DNA of 51,339 nt from Patellaria atrata CBS 101060 (taxonomy: Eukaryota). Shown here in pieces: positions 13,549 through 28,800 of the stretch (position 1 is its first letter; each line of letters begins with the position of its first letter). A model generated the notes under the pieces. That model ran no database searches, was not told where the DNA came from, and worked only from the letters and a program-made list of their open reading frames with translations. The translations under genes were made by a program, and so were the position numbers. Location of the stretch: the NCBI GenBank assembly GCA_010093705.1, contig MU006105.1, positions 62,001 to 113,339 of the forward strand, written 5' to 3'.

Positions 13549-15916
13549 TTTTTATTAAAATTTAATTAAAATATAAATTTTATTAATATAAAATTTAATA
13601 ATATTTATTAAATTATTAATTTTATTAATTAAAAGATTAATTTAATTAAATTATTAATTATTAAAGAAATATTCTTTAATTTATATATAAATAAATATAA
13701 TTTAAAGTATTTTTTAAATATTAAAATAAAATTATTTTAATAAATTATAAATTAAATAAAAAATAAATATAATAAAAATATATATTAATTAAATAATATA
13801 AATAAAATAAAAAAGTCTATTATTTTTTATATAATTATAAAAATCTTTTTTATTAAAGAATAATTTAAAGTTAACTTTTATTATTTTTTAATTAATTTAG
13901 TAATAATAATATATAATTTTTAATTAAAATAATAACTTTTCTATTTATTTTTATTATTATTATATATAAATTTATTAAAAATATAAAAGAGAATTTTAAA
14001 AAATATTTATTAATTATTATTTATTATTAAATAAATAATAAAGTTTTTAAATTTAATAAAATATATTTCTCGATTTTAAATTAATTAATTATTAATTAAA
14101 TAAAAAAGAAAAATAAGATTTTAATAAAAAAATTTTAAAAGTTAATTAAAATAATTATTATTTTTATTAATTTATTATTAATTTTATTATTTATAAATTT
14201 ATTTATTATTTTAAAAAATAAAATTATATATAAATTAAATTTATTATATTTTATTTTTTAAATTTTAATTAATAATATTATTTTTATAAAATTATTTTAT
14301 TTTTCTTTTTAAGATTTTCTTCTAAATTTAAAGATATATAAAAAAAGTTTATTTTAAATAAATAAAAAAAAAATCTATAAATTATTAAATAATAAATATT
14401 TTTAATTATTATTAGATTTTTAATATTTTAAATAAAATATTTATAATATATAAAAGTTAAAAATATAATAAATTAAAATTAAAATTAATAATAAAATAAT
14501 AAATAATTATTTATTATTAAATATTTAATATATTTATTATTATTAAATTTATTATTTTAAATAAAATTAAAATTAATTTTATAATAATAATTAAATTTAT
14601 ATTTTTCTTTAAAAATATATATTTTATTAATTTAAAACTTTAAATATTATAGAATATTTTATAAAAAGTATTTTAATAATAAATATTCTATAATTATTAT
14701 TAAAAATAAATATATAATTTAAATATATATTATTCTTTATTAATTTAATAATAATTAAAATTAATATAAATATAATATTATTTAAATTTATATATAATAT
14801 AAAATGATTTATTTTAAATAATTAATTAATAATTAAATATATATTTTTTTAAATATATTCTTTAATATTTATATTTATATTAAAAAAAAGTATTATAAAA
14901 AAAATATTTAAAAATTAAATTTTTAATTAAATTATTAAATTTTTTAAGATAAAAAATAAATAAAATACTTTATTATAAATATTTAAAAATTATATAAATT
15001 AAATTAATATTATAATATTTTTATTAAATAGTTAAATTATAATATTAATATTAGATAATTATATTATTAAATTTTATAACTTAAAGATAAAAATAAACTT
15101 TAATATATTTAAAAATTATAAAAAATAAATTAAAATTATAATATTTTTATTAAATAATTAAATTATAATATTAATATTAAATAATTATAATATTAAACTT
15201 TAAAACTTAAAGTTAAAAATAGNNNNNNNNNNNNNNNNNNNNNNNNNNNNNNNNNNNNNNNNNNNNNNNNNNNNNNNNNNNNNNNNNNNNNNNNNNNNNN
15301 NNNNNNNNNNNNNNNNNNNNNNATTATATAATTATATTATTAAATTTTAAGATTTAAAGATAAAAATAGATTTTAATATATTTAAAAATTATATAAATTT
15401 AATTAAAATTATAATATTCTCGTTAAATAATTAAATTATAATATTAAAATTAAATAATTATATTATTAAATTTTAAAATTTAAAGATAAAAATAAATCTT
15501 AATATATTTAAAGATTATATAAATTAAATTAATATTATAATATTTTTATTAAATAATTAAATTATAATATTAAAATTATATAATTATATTATTAAATTTA
15601 AAAGTTTTAAAATAAAAATATATTAAAATATTATCTATATAAATAAAGATATTAATTATTTTATATTCTTTTTAAAAAAATTTTATTTAAATTTAAATTA
15701 AAGAAAAATTTATTTTAATTCTATTAATTTTAATTTATATTATAATAAATATATTTATTTAATTTTTTTATTTAATAAAATTAAATATATAATAATTAAA
15801 TAAAAAAATTTATTTAATTTTCTTTAAATTTTTAAATAATTATAATTAATTTTTAAAATTATCTTTTTATATTAAATTATAAATTAAATTTTATTATTTT
15901 TTTTAAATTAAAATAG
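13549..15916 (+). pseudogene. RIP-destroyed NACHT-WD40 (HET-E/NWD-like NLR) gene; N-terminus missing, internal deletion in NACHT
   Basis: Reversing only C>T/G>A gives, in order: KLPIAEGASFDS..CLPDTRVELL (13640-13740), WLNGMxGTGKSTISRTVA...GQLGASF (13786-13878), PLFIFAATVCRF, LHSVL..VRLFHLSFRDFLL, YACRYWVHHL, DAKRFIL..APLQIYSSALIFAP..W..LLQTLEGH. Then come 126-bp WD repeats and a WLPPDFR..LALGHESG C-terminus ending in TAG at 15914-15916. Confidence 0.85.
14979..15600 (+). repeat. 126-bp (42-codon) tandem repeat encoding WD40 units; assembly gap 15223-15322 inside the array
   Basis: ATTTAAAAATTATA recurs at 14981 and 15107. At least 4 units are visible; the de-RIP unit is [34 protein letters not shown]. 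Unmutated TTC TCG (FS) survives at ~15417. Confidence 0.85.
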
Positions 15917-16609
15917 TTTTTATCTTTTTTATTAACTTTCTTTTAAATTAATTTTATATTTATATTAATTTAAATAAATTAATTTAAAATTATAAAATTA
16001 TATATTAAATTTATAATTTATAAAAAATTTAAATAATTTTATATTTATTTAATTAAATAATATTAATATTAATATTATAATTTCTATAAAATTATAAAAA
16101 TAATATAATAAATAAAAATTAAATTATTAATTATAATAATTAATTTAATAATAAAATTATATAATAAGAAAAATTATAAAAAATTTAAATATTTATATAA
16201 AAAATTTTCTTTAATTATTTCTTTTTTATAAATTTATTTTATATATATTTAATATTAAATATTATTAAATATTATTATTTATTAATTATATTTTTATTTA
16301 TTTATTTATTATTTAATATTATTAAATATTTATTAATAATTATTAATTATTAATTATATTATATAATTTTTATATTAATTATTTTATTTTAATATTTTTT
16401 TTAATATAATTATTTTATTTTTATTTATTAAAGATATTATTTTTTTATTTTATAATTATAAAAATAATATATTTTATATATTTATAAATTTAATTTATCT
16501 TATAAACTATTAATTTAAAATAAATATATTTAACTTTAATATTCTTTAAATTATATAAAAAAATTTTAAATTTTAAATTTTTAATTATTAAATATAAAAA
16601 TATTAAAAA

Positions 16610-16810
16610 TAATTAAAATAATTATTTTAAAAAGCGTTTAAATATATAAAAATATATATATTATAATATTTATATTTATTAAATAATTAAAAATATATAT
16701 ATAATAATATTAATATTTATTAAATAATTATATTAAAAAAAGAATATTAATAATTAATATAAAATAATAAAAAATATATTTAATTATTTTTTTTATTAAA
16801 ATTTTTAATT
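16610..16810 (+). repeat. Dispersed RIP-degenerated repeat, second copy at ~33230-33400
   Basis: Both sites share AAATAATTATATTAAAAAAA.AATATTAATAATTAATATAAAATAAT..AAA.TATATTTAATTATTTTTT.TATTAAAA and flanking similarity. Confidence 0.55.
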
Positions 16811-17226
16811 TAATAGAAAATTAATATTTTAATATTTAAATTATCTTTAAATTATAATTTAAAAATAAATTTTTATAAAAAAAATAAGTTTAAATTTTAT
16901 TTATTAAATTTTATTATAAAATTTTATAATAAATATAAAATATTATAATAAATTAATAATATTTTATAATTTTTATAATATTATTTATCGCTTTTTTATT
17001 TAATAATTATTTTATTTAAATATATAAATTATTTTAAATATTAATATAAATTTATTTTAAATTATTTAAATAATTAAATAAATATATAATTATTTTCTTT
17101 TAATTTAATAATTAAAAGATTAAATTATTATAATTTTAAATAATTAATAAAAGCTTTAATAAAAGATTAATTAATAAATTAATATATTAAATTATTTTCT
17201 CTTTTTTAAATAAAAATAAAAATATT

Positions 17227-17322
17227 AAAAAATAATTATTTTTTATAATTATAATAATAAAAAATAATTATTTTTTATAATTATAATAATAAAAAATAAT
17301 TATTTTTTATAATTATAATAAT
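17227..17322. repeat. 3 x 32-bp tandem repeat
   Basis: AAAAAATAATTATTTTTTATAATTATAATAAT at 17227, 17259 and 17291. Confidence 0.85.
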
Positions 17323-17704
17323 AAAAAAAATTATATAAAATATTAATTTTATATAATAATTAAATATTTTTAAATAAAAGATAATATATTTTAATAAAGA
17401 TTTTAAAATATTTAAATACTAATATTATTATTTATAAAGATTTTTTATTAAAAAAAATTTAAAATAATTAAAAAAAAATTTTATATTAAAAAAAAAGATA
17501 TTATAATATTTTAAAATAATAATAATATTATATTAAATATTTTTATAATATTAAAGATATTTATATTTCTTATATATATATAAAAAGATATTAAAATTTA
17601 TTATTTATAAAGTTTTAAAAAATTAAAGTTTAAATAGAAAATATTTAATATATTAAAAAAATATTTTAATAATTTATAATTATAAAATATTTAAAATATC
17701 TTTT

Positions 17705-17756
17705 AATATAAATTTTTATTTAATAAAATATAAATTTTTATTTAATAAAATATAAA
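17705..17756. repeat. 22-bp tandem repeat running into assembly gap 17757-17886
   Basis: AATATAAATTTTTATTTAATAA twice plus a partial copy, then Ns. Confidence 0.7.
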
Positions 17757-18533
17757 NNNNNNNNNNNNNNNNNNNNNNNNNNNNNNNNNNNNNNNNNNNN
17801 NNNNNNNNNNNNNNNNNNNNNNNNNNNNNNNNNNNNNNNNNNNNNNNNNNNNNNNNNNNNNNNNNNNNNNNNNNNNNNNNNNNNNNTAATAATAATAATT
17901 TAATACTTAAAAAAGATTAAAATTAATAAATATAAATTATTTAAAAAAGTAAATATTATAGTAAATTAAATAAAATAGTTAAATTTTTAATAATTTTAAT
18001 AAAATAAATAAATAATAAACTAATTATAAATTTAAAAATAGAGAATAATATGAAATTAAAAGAAAAAGAAAAAATATATTAATATAAATTAATATTAAAA
18101 ATAATTAATTAATAAATTATTAATAATATTTTAAAAATAAATTTATAAAATTTATTAAAAGAAATTCTCGAAATAATAAAAGAAAAGAAATCTTTTAAAT
18201 ATACTATTATTATAAATAATTAAAATATTAATATAATCGATAAAATAAAAAAATAAATAACTAAAAATTTAGATTAATTTATAATAAAGTATCTTTATAT
18301 AAAAATAAAGTTTATAATTTAAAAGATATAATTTAGAAAAATAGTAAATCTTATTAATAAGATAATATTTAACTTATAATTAAAGTTATAAATATATTAA
18401 ATAAATAAAAAAGCTATAAAATACTTTTAAGATAAAATTAATAACCTAAAAAAATAAATTAAATAATTTAAATTAAATTAAAAAAATATTCGATTTAATA
18501 ATAAATTTAATAATAAAGAATTATTAATATTAT

Positions 18534-21500
18534 TATTATAATAGAAGTCTATATTTATTAAAATAAAACTAAATAAGTTTAGAAAAACGCCTAACTTTTT
18601 ATTTAATATAGTTAACTATAAAGATAGATTTAATAAAATAATAGAATATATATAATAAAGATACTTTAAGTTAACGGTATAACTTATTAACTTCTTAACT
18701 TTAGGTAATATTTATAATAAGATAAGACGTACTATATAGAAATAGTATAATAAATAAAGTTAAATTTAAAACTATAATATTTAAATTTATAGATAAGATT
18801 AATAGTAAAAATAACTATAAAGAATTTAAATATATAAGAGAAAGACTATTCTTAAATATTCTTATTCTTTATAATTAATTTAGTTATTTATATTTTTAAT
18901 TATTCTAGTCGTTCTAATTATTTAATTATTTAGTTATTTTTTATAACTAAAATATCTAAATATTTAAACGTCTAAATCACGTGACTCGTTATTACTCGTT
19001 TTATCTATAATTCTCTTAAATAGTATTCTTTTCTTCCCCTCACTTATTATTTATACGTTTCTATAATTTATAGTTATAATATTATCCTCTCTTTTTTTAA
19101 CTTTTATCTTAAGAGTTTATTTCTTTTACTTAAATATATAATAAATATATCGCCTATTTATTAAATTATACGTACCTCTTTTCTTTTTCTTTTAAAATAT
19201 TAAAAGCTAAACTCTTTCTAATCTATTATTATTATTATACTATCTATATTACTTTATATAATTATCCTATATTAATTTTTTATTTCATTTATTATCGTTC
19301 TTTTTATTTTTATATTATCGATATTCTCTTTAGTTTCTATTCTAAGTGTCTCGCTCGTGGTTTAAAATATAATCTCGTGGTAATATAAAAGGATTAAGAT
19401 AAGCTTAATACTTTAAAAGTTTAAACTTATTTTAAGTTAATCGTTATTAAAAATAATAAGGAATTTACCCTTAATTTTAAGAAATAAGTCTATATTTAAA
19501 TAAATATTTAAATAAAGATTATTTATATTTATATCTACTATTTTTATAAATAACTTTATTCTCTTAAAGAGAAAAAGTTTAAGATATTTTATTATAAGTT
19601 TAGTTCTATTAAAAAGTTTAAAATTTTAAAGTAAGTAATTAAAGAATAATAAGTTTCCTTAATTATTTCTTTTTTCTCTATTATTATATCTCTTTCTAGT
19701 TAATCTAGTTTAGATTTCTCTATTTTTAAGAGTCTAGAATTTCCTAATTTTAGTGATAAAATTATTTAAGTTTTTAATTATAATTTATTAAGTATTTAAA
19801 TAGTTTCTATATATTATTTATATATTTATAGCCTTTCTATTTCACTAAATATTTATACTAACTATTTACTTATTATAGATTTAGGATTTATTTTATCTTA
19901 TAAATATCTTCTTTTTTAAGTTTTATAAATTATATTTAAAGTTTAATATTAATATATACTTATTTTAAAAGTAATATATAGAAAATCAAATATATCTTTA
20001 TTTTTTATAGTAATTTTAATTTATAATTAACTTTTTCTTTAATCTATTTAATTTTAAAAGAGTTAATTTTCTTATAATCTAGTTTTTTATTAAGTCGTTT
20101 TATTTTAAAATTTCTTTATAATAAGTAAACTTTATTTCTTTTTTTAAAGATTAGTTCTAACGATTTATACTAATTATTATACTTTATAGCCCTTATTATC
20201 TAGAAAGCTATATCTCGTAATAATTATATATATAATTCTTTAATTTATTTAACTTTTAATATTACTTCTTATAAAATACTTTAAACTATTCTTAACTCAC
20301 GATATACTTTAAACTTAAAGCTATAGTTTATATAGAAAAGTGAAACCTTTATAATATTAGATTTCACGTTATTATATATAAATTATACTATTAATAGTAG
20401 CTTTACTTAATTATTTTACTAATAATTTATATAATTACGTAAATATTATTTTAGAGATTAATTTATTCTCTTAGTTTAACTATCTATTTATAGATAGAAG
20501 CTCGTTAATAGTTTATAATTTACCCTTAAACTCTATATAAAAGTTTACTAAAACGTTAATTTAAATAGTTTATCTTTATCTAAGATAATCTTTTTTAATA
20601 TTTAATAGTTCACTAATATTATTTTTATTATTAATATTACTATTTATAATATTATTATTATCGTCTTCGCTAGTATAAAATAGGTGAATTTTATTAGTCT
20701 TTCTATAATAATTAATATCGTGTTATATTTTACTTTTATTACTAAATCTTTAGATCCTAGTAAATTTATAATAAAATCTATTATTATTAAGTTCTATACT
20801 CGCTTTAATAGTTTAATATATTATATTTATTTATAAAATATATATTTCGCGCTTTTATTTCGTATATAATTATTATATTCCGAGATAACTTATTTTACTA
20901 TATTTCTTATCTTTAAAAAATAGTAATTTCTTAGAATTCTTTTTAAGATTTTATTAATACCTTAATAATTATATATTAGTGTTTCGTGAATTTCTCTAAT
21001 AAGAGTCTTTTATAGTATTATTAATATATATATAAGTTTATTATATAGCTATATTTCTTAAACTATTTATATTACTTTAAAATTATTATCCTTTTAGAAC
21101 TTCTTTATTATATTATCTTTTTAATAAATATCACGAATTTATTATTTCCTTATAAATTCGATTATTAATATTATAGTTAATTTTAGCTAATTATAGATAA
21201 TCGCGTTATTTTCTTTCTTTAATATTATATTATATACTAATTTCGTTTTTTTTAAATAGTTAAATCTTCTATTTATAATATTAGTTAATTTATTATCGAC
21301 TTTTAGTTTATAGAATATTTTAAAGTTAAAAGATATAAATATTTCTATTTATCTTATTTATTTTCGATTAAGTTTCTTCGTTATTAGGAAATTTATAAGA
21401 TTCTAATAATTTAATTAAATCTTTATAATAAATTTAAGTTCTTTAAAATATAATCTCTATTATTTAAATATATTAATAATTACTAATAATTTCTTATTAT

Positions 21501-24500
21501 ATATATTATAGTTTAGTTCTACTATTATAAACTTTCGTGAATAGAAGACTATTAAGTATAGTTATTCTTTTTAATTTAGTTAACTAATATATACTTTTAA
21601 TATATAATTTAATATATTAGTTTCGAGTATAATCTCTTTCTCTAGGTTAAATATAATTAAGATTAATATTATAATAAACTTTTTTTTAAGTTTATTAAAT
21701 ACTTTTTAAGTCTTTTCTATTTAAATAAAGGTATTATCCTTCTTTATTAGCTCTAATAATAGCGATATTACCTTAAAATACCCTTATATAAACTTCTTAT
21801 AATAGTTCGCGAAATTTAGAAATAATTATATATTCTTTATACTTTTTAATATAGATTATTCTACTATTATTTTTATCTTTTTTAAGTCTATTTATACTCC
21901 TTCTATAATAATAATAAAGTCTAGAAATTCTATTTTCTTAATATAAAATTTATATTTATTTAAGTATATTAAGAGCTTTTTCTTTTATAACTTCTTTAGA
22001 ACTTTTTTAATATACTCCCTATATTCTTTTAATATATTATTAGTATATATTAATATATTATCTAGATATACTATTATAAATACGTCTAAGTACTTTTTTA
22101 ATATATAATTAATCACTATTTAGAATATTATTAGAGCGTTAATTAAGTTAAAAAGTATTACTATATATTTATATAGTTTAAACTTTATTTTTATAATTAT
22201 CTTTCACTCTTTATCTTCTTTTATATAGATTTAGTAATATTCTTCTCGAATATCGAATTTTATAAACTATTTTACTTCTTATAATTTATTCTAGATTTTT
22301 AAGATTAAGGGTAATAAGTATTTATTTTTTATTATAATATTATTAAACTATTTATAATTAATATATAATTTTAATCTACTATTCTTTTTTAATATAAATA
22401 GAATTAGTGAAACTATTAACCTTTTACTAGATTATATATATCTCTTTTCTAAGTTAATATAGATATATTCTTTAAATACTATATATTATTCTTATAATAA
22501 TAGATAAATAAAATTAAATCGTAACTTTATATTCTTCTTTAATATTATTTTATAATCTCACGTTTAATAATTTAGAAATATAGTCGTTATATCTTTCTTA
22601 AATAAATCTTTAAACTTATTATACTTTTTAAATATTTTAGATTTTTTAAAAATCTTCTTAGCGTCTATTTTCTTAAACTATACTACTTTTATACTTTTAG
22701 ATTTATTTCTATAAATCTTTATTATTTTATAATATAAAATATATTTTATAAATATATTAATATTTATTTATTTAATATATTTTATTCACTTAACTTTATT
22801 TTTTTATAAGATATTTTAATTAATTTAGATATTTCTTATCTTCTAATTAATATTTAAATTTATTATTTATAATTAGTCTATTTTTAAAATTATATCTATA
22901 TCTTCTAAATTAATTATAGAGATATATTAAATAATTATTTTCTCTTATATATTAACTTCTACTAATATAGTTCTAAAATTAATTAGACCTTATTTATATT
23001 CTATTCCTTTATTATTTTCTAGTTATAATAGGACTAACTTTTTAAGTTTTATATAAAGTATACTTTTTTTTTTTACTTATTAAGATAAAATAAATAAATT
23101 AGTGGCGTTACTATTAACTAATATTATTATTCTTTTACTATATATAGTAATATCTACTTAAAGCGTTTTATCGTTACTTTATAAAGTTTTAAGAAATTTA
23201 AAAGTTATACTTCTTAATTATTTTTATCTTAAATAGCTTAGTAATTTTTTATATAGCTATATATTAAATAACTAGATTTTATATATATAGTTTAATATAA
23301 CTTATTATATTAATTATAATATAGACTTTTATAATACTCTTTATACTTTAATTCTCGACACTTTCACTTAATAATTATATTATAATTTAAGTTACTTTTA
23401 ATTTCTACTTTTTATCTCTACGCGGTATAATAATTATACTATATTCCTTTAACCGCGTATTATCTAAAGTCTATTATATTATATTTAATAATATATTTCA
23501 GTATTTTCTTATTATTTTAAAATACTTTTATCTTTTATAAAAATACTTTTCTTTTATAGAACTTTTCTTCTAAATCTTTATAATATTAATAGTCTATACT
23601 ATATTTATAATCTTTCTATATAGCTACTATATATCCCGTATAAATTAATATTTAATAATATTATTTATATTTAAGTTTATTTATATAATTAAAACTATTA
23701 TATTTTTTATAATTATCTATTAGTGGTTTAAATTCTTAGTTTTTTTTAAGTATTTTTATTTCGTTTTTATAGATTTTATACTCTTTTACTTAATACTCGC
23801 TTTTCGATAAATATATATATATAAAGTCTTAATTTTTAAACTTTATTATAGTCTTCTATTATTTATAGTATAAATAGTTATTCTTTTTATATTATATTTA
23901 TTAAAAGGTTAGATAATCTTCTACTTTTAATATAAAATTTAATTATTATTCTTTAATAATAATATTAATATTAAATTTAGGTTTAATCGATTTTTAATCT
24001 TAAAATTCTCGTTTAAGCTAATATTATTATTTTATAATTTAGTATATAAGACTTAGTTTATTAAATATTTATACTTTAATTCTTTAATCTTAATTCTATA
24101 TTAAGTATTTTAATATTATATATATACTTATATTTCTATATATCTAATATTATTAGTTATCTAAATATTATTAAAGTATTTCCTTTTTTAGCTAATTTTC
24201 TACTATTAAAAATAATATTAATAATCTATTTATCTTTATTTAATAGAGTAATAATATTTCTTTAATCTCTTTTTCTTCTAGCGATAAGACTAGTAACGAT
24301 AATATTAAATATATAACTCTAAGTTATATATATTAGTTATATCGCGAGGATAATTATATCTTTTATAGATAATCTCTTTTAAAATATCTTATTTCTTTAT
24401 ATTATAAATATATTTTATTTATAAAGTATTCTTTTTTTTCTTAAATAAATTATTATTATTTCTTTAACTTCTTTTATTTTATCTATTATAATTAATTAAA

Positions 24501-25874
24501 GTTTATTAAATCTTTTTAATCTTATTTATTTATAATTTTTATTACTTTCTTTTTATATTTAATTATAATATTCTTTTATTCTCTTCTTTTTTATTTATAT
24601 TTATATAATCTATTATCTATTTTAACTACTAAGATTACTATATTCTATATAATTATTAATCTTTTATAATAAATTTACTCGTCCTTTATTTCCTCCTTTA
24701 AATCTTAATAAAAGATTATTATTAATAGTTTATTAAATTAATCTAATATTAATATTATCTATTAAAATATAATTATATATTTCGAAATTAATTTCTTTTA
24801 TTTAAGTCTTTAAAGCTTTCTTTTAACTATTTATTACTCGTTAACTTCTCTAAAAATATTTTTAAATATTTTTTTAAACTTTAGAAATAATATAAAAATT
24901 TTATTTATTTTATCTTCTTAATCTTCCTTATTATTTTTAAGATAATCTTATATAATAGATTTAAATTATTCTAAAGCGTCTCCTTTAAGATATATTAATA
25001 TATTAAATATATATTTATTATTATCTATTAGCTCTATTTTTTTATAATAAATTCTTATTTAAATTAAGAATTCTTTTAACTCGTTCTATTTACTATTATA
25101 TAATATAGATTCTTTAATTTTCGTAGTTCACTTTTATAGTAAGAGTAATTATATAATAAATTATTTAAATTAATTCTTAAATTCTTAAATTATTCTTTTA
25201 TTTTTAAATTTATTAATATATTTATATAACGCTTAAATATATTCTTTATCCGTCTTTATATTAATTATAGCTAATAATATTATATTTAGATCTATTATAC
25301 ACTTTCTTACTATATAATAATTATAATATTATAATAGGAGTTTATATTTATTAAAATAGAATTAAATAAATCTAGAAACACGCCTAACTTTTTATTTAAT
25401 ATAGTTAACTATAAAAGTAGGTTTAATAAAGTGATAAAATATATATAATAAAAGTATTTTAAGTTAACGATATAATTTATTAACTCTTTAACTTTAGATA
25501 ATACTTATAATAAGATAAGATATATTATATAAAAATAATATAATAAGTGAAATTAAGTTTAAAACTATAATATTTAAATTTATAAGTAAGATTAATAATA
25601 AAAATAATTATAAAGAATCTAAATATATAAAGAAAAAATTATTCTTAAATATTTTTATTCTTTATAATTAATTTAATTATTTATACTTTTAATTATTCTA
25701 GTTATTCTAATTATTTAGTTATTTAATTATTTTCTACGACTAAAATATCTAAATATCTAAATATTTAAATTATATAATTTATTATTATTTATTTTATTTA
25801 TAATTCTTTTAAATAATATTTCTTTCTTTCTTTTACTTATTATCTATATATTCCTATAATTTATAGTTATAATA
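18534..25874 (-). mobile_element. Full-length RIP-inactivated Ty3/Gypsy family B copy 1 (7.3 kb)
   Basis: 548-bp LTRs at 18534-19081 and 25327-25874, TSD ATTAT, and PPT complement TTATCCTCTCTTTTTTT after 19081. Colinear with 35230-42557. Confidence 0.92.
19197..19799 (+). pseudogene. RIP-degenerated antisense Zn2Cys6/coiled-coil ORF of family B copy 1 (200 codons)
   Basis: Same position and frame as 35854-36423. The six Cys positions are TAT/TGT with x2-x6-x8-x2-x6 spacing, and the middle region is 33 nt longer in frame. Confidence 0.75.
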
Positions 25875-28800
25875 ATTATATAATTATAATAATTAAGTTA
25901 GAATAATTAATTTAACTAAAAATTTTAAAAGTAAAGATAATAATAAAATAAAAAAATTCTCTAATCTATTAAAATTAATCGATAATAAGAAATTAATCTA
26001 TAAAAAATAAAAAAGTAAAATAAATAATAAACTTTATATTAATAGTAATTAATTTTAAGATAAAAAAATAAAGACTATTTATATTAAAATATAAATTAAA
26101 GAAAAATAATATAATTTTAATAAAATTAATAAGATTTTTAAACTAAATTTATAAAGATTTAAATAGATAATTAAAAGTTAAAGATAAATTAAAAAAGTTA
26201 AAATAAGATTATTTAATAAACTTTTTAAAGTTTTAGTTTATATTTATTTAATTAACTAATAAAGTTAAATTATTATATAATTAGTAAAAAAAGAAACTTT
26301 ATAATAAATTTTATAATAATTTAAAGTTAATAATAATAGAAATTATAGATAATAATAAAATTAGCTTTTAAAAATATTATAATAAAATTATAATATAAAT
26401 ATAAGAGTTAAAAAGATTAAATAAAGTTAATAAAGTTTATAAAAAAAATTAAAAATATAATAAATTAATTAAAATAACTTTTATTTTAATAATAATAAAT
26501 AAAACTTTATATTAATTAAAAAATAAAGAAATTACTTTATCTATAATATTATAAATAATAGAAGTTTATAGATAATTACTTTAATTATAATAAGATTAAA
26601 TATAAAGTATTAAAATATTAAAGATTAAAGAAAATAATTAAAATAAAATTAATCTAGAAAAATAAATATTAAAGTTTAAAGTCTAATTTAAAGTTAAATT
26701 TAGAAAATAAGAAACTTTAAATAAAGACTTTATATTAAAGTTAATAATAAAAGTATTAATAATATTAATTAATAATTTAATATTAAAAAAGCTATTTATA
26801 ATATTATATTAAATTTTAAAAAATAAAATTATAATATAATTTAAAGTTTTAATTAATATTAAAGTTTAAAAATATACTTTATTAAATAAAAGATAATTAT
26901 CTACTTTAAAATAATATCTTAAAATTAAAATTAGAAAGATAGATTAAAAGATTAAAATTAATATCTTTAATAATTTAAAGATAATATTAATTAATTAAAT
27001 ATTTAAGATAAGCTTTATAATTAAAGAATAAAGATAATTAATATTAATTATAATAATAGATATAAACTATAATAATATATTTATAAATAAAAAGTAATTC
27101 TTTAAAACTAATAATTTATTTAATTATAAATATTATTAAATTATTTAATTAAAATAAATTATTATAATTAAAGATTAATAACGAGATATTATAATTTTAA
27201 AGAATAATTTATAAATTTAAATTAATTTATAATATTAATTTAATATAAAATAACGAGATAAAATTATTAATAAATAAGAATATAATTAATAAAAAGTATT
27301 AATTAATTAAAAAAAGAAATTATAATTATTTTAATAAAAATAACTAAGTTTATAGACTAAAAATATTAGCTTTAATCTTTAAAAGATAAAATTAAAATTA
27401 TCGAATTTAATAAAAAGAAAAATATTAAAACTTTTTAAAAAATTAAAGTTAAAGTTAAGTAAATAAATTAATATTACTAAAATTTATATAAATATTTACT
27501 TAATTAATAGAAAAAACTATTTAAAAAATATAAAATATAAAAATATTATTATAAATATTATAAATTTATATAAAATTAACTTTTTAATATAAAATTAACT
27601 TTTAAAAAATAAAAACTCTTTAAATAAAAATAAAGATATTTATAAAATAATAATCTATAAAAAGTTATTTAAAAAATACTATTATTTAATTTATATATTC
27701 TTAAAATCTATATTTAATAAATTATTATCGTTTAAAGAAAATATAAATTATAATATAATATTAGATTAAGATAATAATTTTACTATTAATTTTTTATATA
27801 ATATATTTATTAAATATTTATAATTAATAAAGAATTATTTAAAGAAATATCTTTAAAAGAGATTTATTATTTTAAACGAAATATTATATATATCTTTAAT
27901 ATTATTTATTAAAAAGTTAAAGGAAAATTAAAGATTTTATATTAATTATAAAAAGTTAAATAATATTATTAAAAAGAATAAATATCTATTATCTTTAATT
28001 AAGGAAATATTAATATATTTTTAATAAATAAAAATATTTATAAAACTCGATATAAAATAAGTATTTTATTAAATTTAGATAAAAAAATTAATTAAAAATT
28101 TTATTATTTTCTAAATAAAATATAAATTATTTAAATATAAAATATTACTTTTTAAATTATATAATAATTTAATCTTATTTTAATAGTTTATTAATAAAAT
28201 ATTCTTTTAATATTTAAATAACTTTTATATAATATATATTAATAATATATTAATTTATTTTAAATATTTATTAAAGTATTAAATCTATATTATAAAAGTA
28301 TTAAAAATACTAGTTAAAACTAATTTATAAACTAATATTAAAAAAAGTAAATTTTATATAATAAAGATAAAATTTCTTAGTTTTATTATTAATATTAATA
28401 AAATAATAATAAATTTAAAAAAGATTAAAATAGTTTAAAATTAAAAGTTATTAATAAATATAAAAAAATCTTATTATTTAATAAATTTTATAACTTTTAT
28501 CGAAAGTTTCTAGAGAAATTTAAACGAGTTATATAACTATTAATAATATAAATATAAAAAAAGGTTTAAAAATTATTTAAATAAAAAGAAGAAAAGATAT
28601 TTAAAAAAATAAAAAAGTTAATTCTATTAAATTAAATATTAATATATTATAACTTTTTATTTAAAATAAAAGTTAAATTTAATTATAATAATAAAGTTAT
28701 TATAATAATTATATTATAAAATATATTTAAAGATTAATTATCTTTTAAATTAAAATATTATCGAAAATATAATTAAAATATAAAATTTATAATAAAAAAA

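Noticed and set aside
14979..15600. 126-bp and other AT-rich tandem repeats as CRISPR or satellite
   Set aside because: No unique spacers and a eukaryotic context; the 126-bp unit is explained by WD40 coding repeats.
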